Origin: Blastocatellia bacterium
Lineage (GTDB): Bacteria > Acidobacteriota > Blastocatellia > UBA7656
Assembly (NCBI GenBank): GCA_036554605.1
Contig: DATBMY010000539.1
Coordinates: 7,010-31,009 of the forward strand
Reading direction: 5' to 3'
DNA: 24,000 bases
The translations under genes and the position numbers were made by a program. Below the pieces are notes generated by a model that worked only from the letters and a program-made list of their open reading frames with translations, did not search any database and was not told the origin of the DNA. Positions 1 to 7,756 of this stretch are shown piece after piece (within the stretch, counting starts at the first letter, position 1; each line of letters starts with the position of its first letter).

Positions 1-170
1 TATGAAGAAACGCCAGCCCTTATGCTTTAGCATTCACCCGCCAGGGTGCATATAACATAAGCATACAAGCCAGATCAATTTCGTGCCGGTACGGGCGCCG
101 GTATCCTTCCGCCGGTCATTTGAAAACTGGGGTATCAAGTCGCGTAATGTATGATTGGCGAAAAAGAGTA

Positions 171-641
171 TTACTGTCTATCAAGAATGACCACGTCGTT
201 AACTGATCCTCCGGGGTTCGTTTGCTTTACATCCATGGTCATGCTCTTTTTGTCCGCCGACAGAGAGATCTTTCGCAGGAAGCTGAACCCTTCATTGTTC
301 TTGAATTCCAGGTGCAGAGACTCTCCTTCCCACCGGGCCGTGGTCTTTATATTCATACCCTCTAGCTGCTGCGCGCTTTCCTTCCCGTCCAGGGTATAGG
401 TGAAGTTATGTGTCTGTTCGCCTCGCTCATTTGTGAGAGTGAGCGTTTCATTAAGAGTTTTCTCTTGCTGATCGAACTTTATGGTAATCGCGCTCGGGCC
501 GCCTCGCTCGAACTTGCTCTTCTCGGCGTTCATCTTCCATGTCCCGCTGACATTGGTGCTGCTTTGCGCCCCCGCGATCAGCGCCGCCGAGAGTAGGAAG
601 AGGATCTGGATCAAAAGAAAGGGAGCTTTTCGGTGCTTCAT
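171..641 (-). CDS. Small secreted protein of unknown function, possibly a lipocalin-like/beta-barrel fold
   Basis: 156-aa ORF with a clear N-terminal signal peptide (MKHRKAPFLLIQILFLLSAALIAGAQS). The mature part starts with a GTWKMNAEKSKF-type motif that I recall from small secreted proteins of soil bacteria. It diverges from the TetR gene. Confidence 0.6.
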   Translation of the reverse strand: MKHRKAPFLLIQILFLLSAALIAGAQSSTNVSGTWKMNAEKSKFERGGPSAITIKFDQQEKTLNETLTLTNERGEQTHNFTYTLDGKESAQQLEGMNIKTTARWEGESLHLEFKNNEGFSFLRKISLSADKKSMTMDVKQTNPGGSVNDVVILDRQ

Positions 642-723
642 ATGCTTACTCCTTGATAGAGATTGGCTGACGGTCTTATATCACAAGCTGCCCGAAGTAT
701 AAAAAGATTCCTCTTGAATTAAG

Positions 724-737
724 CGAACGGTCGTGCT
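724..737. promoter_or_regulatory. 14-bp box CGAACGGTCGTGCT, copy 1, candidate operator
   Basis: Its exact reverse complement, AGCACGACCGTTCG, recurs at 1402-1415. Both copies are intergenic and bracket the TetR gene. Confidence 0.3.
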
Positions 738-750
738 ATTTTGGCGAAGC

Positions 751-1353
751 ATGAGCAAGGGTCAGATCACCCGGCAGCAGATACTCGACCACGCGGTGGC
801 GCTGGCGAGCAAGGTTGGCTTGAGCGGATTGACCATTGGCCGGCTGGCCGATGATCTGAAGCTATCGAAGAGCGGGCTCTTCGGCCACTTTCAATCTAAA
901 GAGGCTCTTCAGCTGAAGACGCTCGAAGCCGGAGCCGAGCGGTTCATAGACGCCGTGGTCAGACCGGCATTGAAAGCCCCGCGGGGCGAGCCCCGCTTGA
1001 GGGCCCTGCTGGATCACTGGTGCCGCTGGCCCGAGCAGAGCTCGCTACACGGCGGCTGCCTTTTTGTGCAGGCCGCGGCCGAATTTGACGATCTGGCCGG
1101 GCCGGTGAAAGATCTGCTCGTGCGGTTGCAAAAGGACTGGCTCGATGTCCTTGCCAACGCCGCGCGCGCTGCCGTCTCCGAAGGTCACCTCGCGGCTGAT
1201 CTCGACGTAGAACAGTTCGCGCACGAAATGTACGGCGTGATGCTTATGTATCATCACGCCTCTCGCCTGCTCGGCGACCCGATGGCCGAGCAACGGTCCA
1301 AAGCGGCGTTCGATTCCTTGTTCGACTCCCGCCGCCCTGGCCAATCACGCTAA
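751..1353 (+). CDS. TetR/AcrR family transcriptional regulator
   Basis: N-terminal HTH signature (ITRQQILDHAVALASKVGLSGLTIGRLADDLKLSKSGLFGHFQSKEAL). The track ORF starts at GTG 733, but the in-frame ATG at 751 (MSKGQ...) gives the typical TetR N-terminus. Confidence 0.9.
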   Translation: MSKGQITRQQILDHAVALASKVGLSGLTIGRLADDLKLSKSGLFGHFQSKEALQLKTLEAGAERFIDAVVRPALKAPRGEPRLRALLDHWCRWPEQSSLHGGCLFVQAAAEFDDLAGPVKDLLVRLQKDWLDVLANAARAAVSEGHLAADLDVEQFAHEMYGVMLMYHHASRLLGDPMAEQRSKAAFDSLFDSRRPGQSR

Positions 1354-1384
1354 TACCTATGCTCAATTCAATCTCTCAAGCGCC

Positions 1385-1398
1385 TTCTATATATAGAA
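1385..1398. promoter_or_regulatory. Perfect 14-bp palindrome TTCTATATATAGAA, candidate operator or -10 region
   Basis: Read directly from the sequence and self-complementary. It lies between the tetR stop and the TPR gene, 3 nt before box copy 2. Confidence 0.3.
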
Positions 1399-1401
1399 AT
1401 A

Positions 1402-1415
1402 AGCACGACCGTTCG
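1402..1415. promoter_or_regulatory. 14-bp box AGCACGACCGTTCG, copy 2, inverted relative to 724-737
   Basis: Exact reverse complement of 724-737. It lies 51 nt upstream of the TPR gene ATG. Confidence 0.3.
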
Positions 1416-1465
1416 GTTTCGGATTGATTCTGTTGATCTCTTATTCAACTTGAAAGGAGTCAGCG

Positions 1466-2449
1466 ATGGTCGCACAGCAACTTGAAAGAGCAATCACTTT
1501 GACGGCGCCGGGACGGGGTGCCCGTGGCCTTTTCTTGATGACAGCGCTGTTTGCGCTCACCCTCACCGCGTGGTCGCAGGTTGCGGCCTCCGCCGAGCAG
1601 TTTATTCAAGAGGGGGTCGCGCGATACAAGGCGGGAGACCTGGACGGGGCAATAGCAGACTTCACCCGGGCCATAAGCGTGAACTCGCGCGCGGCGAAAC
1701 GCGACAGGCAGGGGGTGATGAGACTGGCCGCGCGCGAGCAAGGAGATGAAGCCATAGTTGTTCACGACGCCTTCAACGCGATGGCTTATTACAACCGCGG
1801 GGTGGCCTGGTCGGCCAAAGGCGAATCCGAGAGCGCTTTGAGAGATTTCGACCGCGCCATCAAAATCGACCCGCTTTACACCGATGCTTACATCATGCGC
1901 GGCAAGGTCAGGCATGTAAAAGGCGACCTGCGAGGCGCCATCACGGATTACGACCGGGCGATTGCGCTCGATCCGGAAAACGCTTTTGCTTATAACAACC
2001 GCGGCATTGCGCGCCGCGCCCTCGAAGATATAACCGGCGCGATAAGCGATTTTGATAAGACCATCTCAATCGACCCGCGGCTTGTCGAGGCCTATATAAA
2101 CCGAGGCGCGGCAAAGTGCATCAGGGGAGATCTGGCCGGGGCGCTGTCGGACCTCGACAGGGCCCTCGACTTAGACCCGCATAACGCGATGGCGTACAAC
2201 AACCGCGGCAAGGCCCGCTTTGGCCTGGGCGACTTCGCCCGGGCCATAACCGATTACAGCCGCGCCATAATACTCGATCCCGGTTACGCGGCGGCATATG
2301 CCAACCGCGGGCTTGCTCGGCTCGTGGAAGGAAAAACGGCGGAGGCCGAAGAGGACTTTGCGCGCTGTTTGAGGCTACGACCCGAGCTCGCCCCGGTCCT
2401 GCGCGAGATGATCAGCGAGATAAAACAGGTAAAAGAAGACCGTCGTTAA
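1466..2449 (+). CDS. Secreted tetratricopeptide (TPR) repeat protein
   Basis: AAGGAG ribosome-binding site (RBS) 6 nt upstream of the ATG. Hydrophobic N-terminal signal-like segment. About 7 tandem 34-aa repeats of the form A.AY.NRG.A....GD...AI.D..RAI.LDP. Confidence 0.85.
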   Translation: MVAQQLERAITLTAPGRGARGLFLMTALFALTLTAWSQVAASAEQFIQEGVARYKAGDLDGAIADFTRAISVNSRAAKRDRQGVMRLAAREQGDEAIVVHDAFNAMAYYNRGVAWSAKGESESALRDFDRAIKIDPLYTDAYIMRGKVRHVKGDLRGAITDYDRAIALDPENAFAYNNRGIARRALEDITGAISDFDKTISIDPRLVEAYINRGAAKCIRGDLAGALSDLDRALDLDPHNAMAYNNRGKARFGLGDFARAITDYSRAIILDPGYAAAYANRGLARLVEGKTAEAEEDFARCLRLRPELAPVLREMISEIKQVKEDRR

Positions 2450-2556
2450 TTCGGTTGCGGGCTGTGGAATCCGAGTTGCGATGTAGTTTATCGATGGGCC
2501 TTTTGTGTTCGGATAAAGGTCGTTCGATATTATTTGCAACTTGGAGTGGAGGGAAA

Positions 2557-3009
2557 ATGAACGCATTCGAGTTACTAAAGCAGGATCACGAAAAAGTCTC
2601 CGGCATATTCGAAAAGCTAGAGCCCACGACCGAGCGCGCGCTCAAGACGCGCCAGGAGCTTTTTGAAAAGCTGAGAAACGAGCTGGAGATTCATACCAAG
2701 ATCGAGGAGACGATCTTCTACCCCGTGCTGAAGGAAGCGGCTGAGACGCGCGACATAACCATGGAGGCGTTTGAAGAGCATAACGTCGTCAAGTCTCTCC
2801 TCGAAGAGATGTCGGCGATTTCCGTCGACAGCGAAGAATGGACCGCAAAGCTCACCGTTTTGAAAGAGAACGTCGAGCACCACGTAGAAGAAGAGGAAGG
2901 CGAAATGTTCAAGAGCGCGCGCCAGGTATTGAGCAAAGAGCAGATTGAAGAGCTCGGCGCGCGAATGGAGGCTCAGAAGAAACGGCTATCGGCGAGCGCG
3001 CGAGCCTGA
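2557..3009 (+). CDS. Hemerythrin-like (HHE cation-binding) domain protein
   Basis: N-terminus MNAFELLKQDHEKV...., internal H/E motifs (IFYP, EEHNVV, EHHVEEEE). GGAGTGGAGGG RBS before ATG 2557. The 34-codon upstream extension in the track ORF (start 2455) looks non-coding. Confidence 0.75.
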   Translation: MNAFELLKQDHEKVSGIFEKLEPTTERALKTRQELFEKLRNELEIHTKIEETIFYPVLKEAAETRDITMEAFEEHNVVKSLLEEMSAISVDSEEWTAKLTVLKENVEHHVEEEEGEMFKSARQVLSKEQIEELGARMEAQKKRLSASARA

Positions 3010-3050
3010 TCCTTCGGCGGGCCTTGAAGACGACACTTCTTACTCTACAA

Positions 3051-3083
3051 GCATGGCGGGGTATTGCTACGGACCCGCCATGC
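3051..3083. terminator. Hairpin, candidate terminator between the convergent hemerythrin-like gene and rtcA
   Basis: Perfect 10-bp stem GCATGGCGGG/CCCGCCATGC with a 13-nt loop. There is no strong U-tract on either side. Confidence 0.35.
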
Positions 3084-3181
3084 CTGTAGAGGGGGGCTAG
3101 GCGATAAGCCTCCGTCATAGATCAATCGACATGCCCAGGCTCATACTGCCTTATCAGGTTCCTAAGATTGAAAGACGGAAT

Positions 3182-3238
3182 TCGCTCGCGCGACGATGCA
3201 CTCGGTTGTTGATAGGGAGGATCCCGAGAGGCGAGCGA
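3182..3238 (-). terminator. Nested hairpin directly 3' of rtcA, candidate end of the rsr-rtcBA operon
   Basis: TCGCTCGC/GCGAGCGA (8 bp) encloses CTCGG/CCGAG (5 bp). On the - strand it is followed by AUUCCGUCUUUCAAUCUU. Confidence 0.3.
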
Positions 3239-3247
3239 GTTGGATGG

Positions 3248-4267
3248 TTACTCGCTCACCTCTACGCGCCAGGTGCGGTCGGCGATTAAAGATGTTTCGA
3301 TGTTTACGTCGATGAATCTGCGTATGACCTCGATGTTGGTCGTGGCGTGGCGCGAGAGGCGCAGCGCCGTAAACGATCCGCCGCGCGCGAGCGCAAGTGG
3401 CACGAGAAGCTGGTCCGCGAGGTGCTCGCCGACTGCGGCGCGGGCGGCCAGGTACTCCCGCGCGTTTTTCGCCGCGCGCTCGGCAACGGCTTCGGCTCTT
3501 ACGCCTCGCTCGCCGAATCCGGTGAAGAGCTCCGAAACGTGCTCGCTTTCGATCTCGATCATCACGATGTTTCCCGGCCCGCGCGAGTTATCGACCTTCT
3601 CAGCCGCCAGCCATTCGTCGCGCCACGAAAGCTTACGATTGATGACGCCAAGCTCCCGCTCGGCGATGCTCAGAGGGAGGTTTGCGACGACGGCCCTCGC
3701 GCGCCGGCCGGTCACCTCTCCGCGTTCCAGAAGATCTAGCCTGTGAAGCGCGCCTCCGGGCTCTATGCTTACAGAGAACTTTCCGCCGCCCGCCGGATAA
3801 AAGCCCGGCCGCTCAAGCTCCGCCGTCACTCGGGCGCCCATGCGATTGATGAGCGGAATAAAGCACCTGTCGAGGAAATCGAACGGCGGCGCGAAAGGAT
3901 TGTGCGTGCCGCCTTCGAGCGTCATCGTGGCAGGCTCGGGCGCCAAAAGCAGGGCGGGCAGGACGGTTTGGAGCACGAGCGTCGCGCTCCCGGCCGTGCC
4001 TACGGCGAACGAATGGTAGCCAGCCGTTATGGTCTGCGGTGCAAAGGTAAGCTCGCGCGACCCTATTGCCGCGCCCGACACCTCCGCGCATCCGACCCTC
4101 GCGGCGGCATTCACCGCCGTCAGGTGTTGCCGGAGCAAACCCGGCGTCTTGCGCCCCGCGCGAATGTTCTCTATGCGAAAAGGCTTGCCCGTTACAAGCG
4201 ACAGCCCGAGCGCCGTGCGCAGTACCTGCCCGCCCCCTTCTCCAAATGAACCGTCGATAGTGAACAT
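3248..4267 (-). CDS. rtcA: RNA 3'-terminal phosphate cyclase
   Basis: 339 aa. The N-terminus IDGSFGEGGGQVLRTALGLSLVTGKPFRIENIRAGRKTPGLLRQHLTAV is the canonical RtcA signature. It is the last gene of the rtc operon. Confidence 0.95.
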   Translation of the reverse strand: MFTIDGSFGEGGGQVLRTALGLSLVTGKPFRIENIRAGRKTPGLLRQHLTAVNAAARVGCAEVSGAAIGSRELTFAPQTITAGYHSFAVGTAGSATLVLQTVLPALLLAPEPATMTLEGGTHNPFAPPFDFLDRCFIPLINRMGARVTAELERPGFYPAGGGKFSVSIEPGGALHRLDLLERGEVTGRRARAVVANLPLSIAERELGVINRKLSWRDEWLAAEKVDNSRGPGNIVMIEIESEHVSELFTGFGERGVRAEAVAERAAKNAREYLAARAAVGEHLADQLLVPLALARGGSFTALRLSRHATTNIEVIRRFIDVNIETSLIADRTWRVEVSE

Positions 4268-4282
4268 ATGTTAGCCGGTCTC

Positions 4283-4675
4283 TCACGTTTGAGATGATTT
4301 CTGCTCATTCCAATTCAACCCCGGACCATCAAGCAACAGCGATATGTTATTTAGAATGTCGCGTCCTAATATACCTGCCTCCTGGTTCGCTATCAGAAAT
4401 CGCCCTCTGAAGATACGCTTCAGAAAAACTAAATCGAGCTCTACAACCTGCGCAATACTCGTGCTTCCATCGAAGGTCATCAGTTCATAGTTCAGATTCG
4501 GATCAATAGATATGCCGAGCTGATTCACAGAAGCTCGCGGGACCAAGGTGACATCCGCGCCTGAGTCTATCAGCATGGGTACACCGGACAAAGTAGCGCC
4601 ATCGGTTTGATTGCGGAGAGTTACTCTTGCCAGCGGTGCGGGTGGGGTGAACAGGTCCGCATCATATGCCGGCAT
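4283..4675 (-). CDS. Retropepsin-like (clan AA) aspartic protease domain protein
   Basis: 130 aa with the catalytic-type motif LIDSGADVTLV and the C-terminal ILGRDIL motif typical of single-lobe retropepsin folds. It overlaps the upstream ORF by 14 nt. Spot counts give about 48% GC. Confidence 0.7.
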   Translation of the reverse strand: MPAYDADLFTPPAPLARVTLRNQTDGATLSGVPMLIDSGADVTLVPRASVNQLGISIDPNLNYELMTFDGSTSIAQVVELDLVFLKRIFRGRFLIANQEAGILGRDILNNISLLLDGPGLNWNEQKSSQT

Positions 4676-4877
4676 CGTTTATCTCCTCAATCACTTCTTT
4701 CTTGAAATCCCCTGCCTGCTCAGAGTGCAGCAAACGAGGGCTGCCAATATAAGCAATCGGCTGCGATTCAGCATCGGGTACGACAACATACACCTTAGCC
4801 TTTTCCGGAAGGCGGATATTCTCCGGCAGTCGAACTTTTCCGTTCTCTACGACACCTTCATAAGTAGTACCTTTCAT
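4662..4877 (-). CDS. Small DUF104/AF2212-like (AbrB-like antitoxin-type) protein
   Basis: 71 aa. N-terminus YEGVVENGKVRLPENIRLPEKAKVYVVV matches the G.YENG.I.L.E...LPEG..V.V pattern of AF2212-like antitoxin-family proteins. Strong GGAGGAG RBS 8 nt upstream. Translationally coupled to the protease-like ORF. Confidence 0.6.
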   Translation of the reverse strand: MKGTTYEGVVENGKVRLPENIRLPEKAKVYVVVPDAESQPIAYIGSPRLLHSEQAGDFKKEVIEEINDAGI

Positions 4878-4913
4878 ATTCTATTACTCCTCCGGAGTCG
4901 CTCCCTGACAACC

Positions 4914-5099
4914 TCACGAAAGTCGATTATTAATATCATACTCCTTCGACAAACTCTCGGCTTCTCGCAGGGCTCCATCTAGCGCCCACAGCGCGCTATC
5001 GCGAAATTGCGGCTCAACGCAATATGCAAATCCTTTGGTTAGTCGCAGCAAATCCTTGGCGCAGCCTGGTACTCGATACTTCAGCTGACTCGACAGCAA
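4914..5099 (-). CDS. Hypothetical 61-aa ORF, possibly a gene remnant
   Basis: The only in-frame start is TTG, there is no obvious RBS, and I recognise no motif. It fills the low-GC gap between rtcB and the small protein. Confidence 0.2.
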   Translation of the reverse strand: MLSSQLKYRVPGCAKDLLRLTKGFAYCVEPQFRDSALWALDGALREAESLSKEYDINNRLS

Positions 5100-5103
5100 A
5101 TCT

Positions 5104-7575
5104 CTAATAATGGCCGCTCGACTTCTTGCCGCCTTTCTTCATCTTTTTTATCTTTCTCTCGTCCTCGCCCTTGAGCGACGCAACGGGCCAGAGCCTGTAC
5201 TCTATCTTCGCAAGTCCCGCGCCCGTGACAGACTCGATGACCTCCGCGGAAGGCTTATAACAGGGCGCGGCTTCGTCGATAGGCACGCGGCCGTTGGTAT
5301 TGACAAGTATTCCCGCCTCCGCGTACTCGCGATCAATGTCGCGCTGGCTGAGGCTGCGCGCCGCCTCGCCCCTCGACAACCGTCGACCCGCGCCGTGGTT
5401 TACCGAATAGCCGCTGTTGACCGCCGCCGCTTCCGGGCGAAGCACGTAGCTCCAGTCCTTGTTCGAGCCGGGAATCAAGACCGGATGCCCCGCGTCTTCC
5501 CATATAGTTCCCTTGAGCCCGGGGTGCCCGGCCGGAAAAGCGCGCGTGGCCCCTTTGCGATGCACCCAAACCTGGCCAAACTCCGGGTGCCATTCCTTCT
5601 GCACCAGGTTGTGGCTGATCTCGTATATCAACTCCAGCTCGCCGCCGAATACATCGCGAAACGCTTCGGCAATCTGCTCGAATATGATCAGCCGGTTGAT
5701 GATGGCAAAGTTGCCGCCCGACGCCACCGCGTTCAGGTAATCGCGATAGTGCTCGGACTCGGGCGTGAAGTAACCGAGATCGATATCGGTTATCACCTCC
5801 GGCTTTTCCGCCTTTGCCATCTCGAAATAGTTCGTCGCGAGCCCGTGGCCCCACCCGCGCGAGCCGGTATGCGCCTGAACAAAGAGCGTGCCCGTCTCTT
5901 CGCATCGCTGAAGCTCTATGAAGTGATTGCCTCCGCCGAGCGAGCCGAGCTGCTCGATCCCGCGCTCGGGCCTGCCCTTGCCGCCGAGCGGCGGCTGCCA
6001 ATCGTCGTCAACCGGCAAGCGGTGGCGCTCGGCGCGGCTGCGGTCAAACGTCGCGCCGTATTTTTCGACATAGTATTCAGCGCCGCCGCGCACTAGGTTT
6101 TCAAACTCGCCGCGGTCGAGCCGCCCGAGCTTTACGCTCTTGCCGCCCGCGCCCATGTTGACCTTCTCCATCACCGCGCGGTTGAACGCCATCTTCTTAT
6201 CAAAGGTCGCCGCACCGGCCTCGACATCGGACTTCGCGCTGACCATCCCGCAGTTATGGACAAACACACCTGCGTCTAAAGCAAAGTTTCCGTAGCCCGG
6301 CACCGTCAGACAGTAAACCTCAGCAAATGTGTCAAGTGGCTCGACCGAAACCACTTTGTGATTATAGCCATGCTTCCAATGGCGATGGTTGTGTATGCCA
6401 AAGCCACCGCCAGGTACTTCCTCGCCGCAGTTCTCACAAGTGTATATACGGTGCGCTACTTCTGATGATTTGACCCTACCAGCCTCACTTTTGTTGTAAG
6501 CGATTAAGTACCTCCTGCCCCTCTCGCCATTGCCGTTTGCGATTGCATTTGCTTTTTCAATGCCGGGATTCTGACTTCTATACTTTGCCAGGTTGGCTCT
6601 GCCTCTTTCTGCAAAGTATGCATGACCTTCTACTGTCTGCGCTTTGGCGCCAAGTGCCGCGACTCGCTTCGTTTCAAATTCCGGCGACCTGAAATGAGCG
6701 TTCCTTTCGCTTATGGACCTGTGATAGCTCATATGATCTCTATCGCCCATGAACTGGAGGTTCTCAATTCGGTTGTCGCTCGGATTAAAGTTCTTGTGAT
6801 GTATGATCGTTCTTTGTCCCTCAATAGCAGGTATCTTGCCCAGCAACCCGCATCGGGCCATAATCCAGTGAACCTTATGATTGATACCTGTCGCGGGGTG
6901 CCGTACCATCGTATAGCCATCTTTATCTTTGCGCATATCGAATGGCATCAACGATGTGCCTTCAGACAGAACGCTTGCCTGTCGGTACGTTCCATCGCGA
7001 AGCATAAACTCGTGGTCGGGAGTGCAGATTATCTCTCGTCCATTGTCCAGCGTGACCTTAACAAGGGGAGCATTCACGCGCGTCTTTTTTGCCGTCGCCT
7101 TGGCCACCTCAATCTCATGCTCATCAGAAAGAGCGTAGACCAGTATCTCCTCGCCTGATTGAGCAAGCTGGCCGATTGGATGACTGTAGCCGTCAACCGT
7201 CGGAACAAGAGTATCGGCAACAAAGCACCCGATGTCGTAGCCGACCGGTCCCATCGCTACAGCGCCCTCCTCGCCGTCCGTCAGTATCACGCAGCCCACC
7301 GGCACGCCGTATCCGTAATGCGTGTCCGGGGTGATCACAACGAGCTTCACGCCGGGAAAGCGCGTGGCGTTTACGATCTGGCGATAGATAATATCTTCGG
7401 TCTCGCTCAGCAGCTTCGGCGTCAGAAATATTCTTACAGGCACGTCGCCCGTATCTTCGGTCTGAAGCGTGTAGTATCCTTCGCCGTTCCACCTGGCCAG
7501 ATGCTTCCAGTTGTCGGCGTTCTTCAATCTCTTCGCCAGCTTTAATGCTTTCGCGTCTTCAGTCTGCTTACCCAT
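5104..7575 (-). CDS. rtcB: RNA-splicing ligase RtcB precursor containing an intein
   Basis: 823 aa. The extein carries RtcB motifs: ITPDTHYGYG, GYDIG|CGM (split by the intein), GSRGWGH, SHNLV, IPGSNKDWSYVL, NHGAGRRLSRGEA and APCYKP. Removing the intein leaves 498 aa. GGAGG RBS upstream of the ATG. Confidence 0.95.
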   Translation of the reverse strand: MGKQTEDAKALKLAKRLKNADNWKHLARWNGEGYYTLQTEDTGDVPVRIFLTPKLLSETEDIIYRQIVNATRFPGVKLVVITPDTHYGYGVPVGCVILTDGEEGAVAMGPVGYDIGCFVADTLVPTVDGYSHPIGQLAQSGEEILVYALSDEHEIEVAKATAKKTRVNAPLVKVTLDNGREIICTPDHEFMLRDGTYRQASVLSEGTSLMPFDMRKDKDGYTMVRHPATGINHKVHWIMARCGLLGKIPAIEGQRTIIHHKNFNPSDNRIENLQFMGDRDHMSYHRSISERNAHFRSPEFETKRVAALGAKAQTVEGHAYFAERGRANLAKYRSQNPGIEKANAIANGNGERGRRYLIAYNKSEAGRVKSSEVAHRIYTCENCGEEVPGGGFGIHNHRHWKHGYNHKVVSVEPLDTFAEVYCLTVPGYGNFALDAGVFVHNCGMVSAKSDVEAGAATFDKKMAFNRAVMEKVNMGAGGKSVKLGRLDRGEFENLVRGGAEYYVEKYGATFDRSRAERHRLPVDDDWQPPLGGKGRPERGIEQLGSLGGGNHFIELQRCEETGTLFVQAHTGSRGWGHGLATNYFEMAKAEKPEVITDIDLGYFTPESEHYRDYLNAVASGGNFAIINRLIIFEQIAEAFRDVFGGELELIYEISHNLVQKEWHPEFGQVWVHRKGATRAFPAGHPGLKGTIWEDAGHPVLIPGSNKDWSYVLRPEAAAVNSGYSVNHGAGRRLSRGEAARSLSQRDIDREYAEAGILVNTNGRVPIDEAAPCYKPSAEVIESVTGAGLAKIEYRLWPVASLKGEDERKIKKMKKGGKKSSGHY
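6253..7227 (-). mobile_element. Intein (325 aa, residues C117-N441 of the RtcB precursor) with an HNH_3-type homing endonuclease
   Basis: Block A CFVADTLVPTVDG, block B TPDH, block F VYCLTVPGYGNFAL, block G VFVHN followed by the +1 Cys (CGM). HNH core DGYTMV...HKVHWIMA...IIHHKNFNPSDNRIENLQFM..DHMSYH at about nt 6721-6921. Spot counts give about 50% GC against 60-65% in the exteins. Confidence 0.9.
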
Positions 7576-7629
7576 CTGTTGAATGCCTCCCGCTTATAGG
7601 TTCCCCTACGGCTCAAGCGCGGTCAAGCT

Positions 7630-7740
7630 GGCGCGACAAGTGATGTCGAAAGATTGCTCTACCGTTGAGCTACGGCTCGCACCAGAGTGGAGCCGCCGGG
7701 ATTCGAACCCGGAACATGTACTTCCAACCGCATTCGCGCC
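7630..7740 (-). ncRNA. yrlA: YrlA-like bacterial Y RNA with a permuted tRNA-mimic domain (module 3)
   Basis: Closing helix GGCGCGA/UCGCGCC and second helix GUUGGAAG/CUUUCGAC. T arm CCGGG-UUCGAAU-CCCGG. Acceptor-like helix CGGCUC/GAGCCG closed by a loop. Then UA and the D arm GCUC-AACGGUA-GAGC. It lies between rsr and rtcB. Confidence 0.8.
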
Positions 7741-7756
7741 ACAACCGCTCATACGA

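Noticed and set aside
1-170. A possible gene fragment or structured RNA at the left edge (CTTATGC...GCATAAG, GCCGGTA repeats)
   Set aside because: There are only short ORFs with stops in all frames and weak 6-7 bp pairings with long loops. The evidence is insufficient to call a terminator or ncRNA.
724-1415. The 14-bp terminal inverted repeats around tetR as a MITE- or IS-like mobile element
   Set aside because: There is no transposase, no target-site duplication visible next to the boxes, and the enclosed GC content matches the surroundings. An operator interpretation or chance is more parsimonious.
2455-2556. N-terminal extension of the hemerythrin-like ORF
   Set aside because: The extension has no RBS and an odd composition. 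A strong GGAGTGGAGGG RBS precedes the internal ATG at 2557, which gives the typical family N-terminus.
5110-6096. Long antisense ORFs inside real genes. Examples: 5110-6096 +, 5333-6001 -, 8323-9294 +, 10475-11029 -, 11872-12576 -, 13734-14351 +, 14630-15157 -, 15200-16036 -, 3240-3746 +, 3743-4249 +, 3813-4286 -
   Set aside because: These are typical high-GC shadow ORFs. Their composition is rich in Arg, Ala and Pro with no recognisable motifs, and each lies entirely within a strongly supported gene on the other strand or in another frame.
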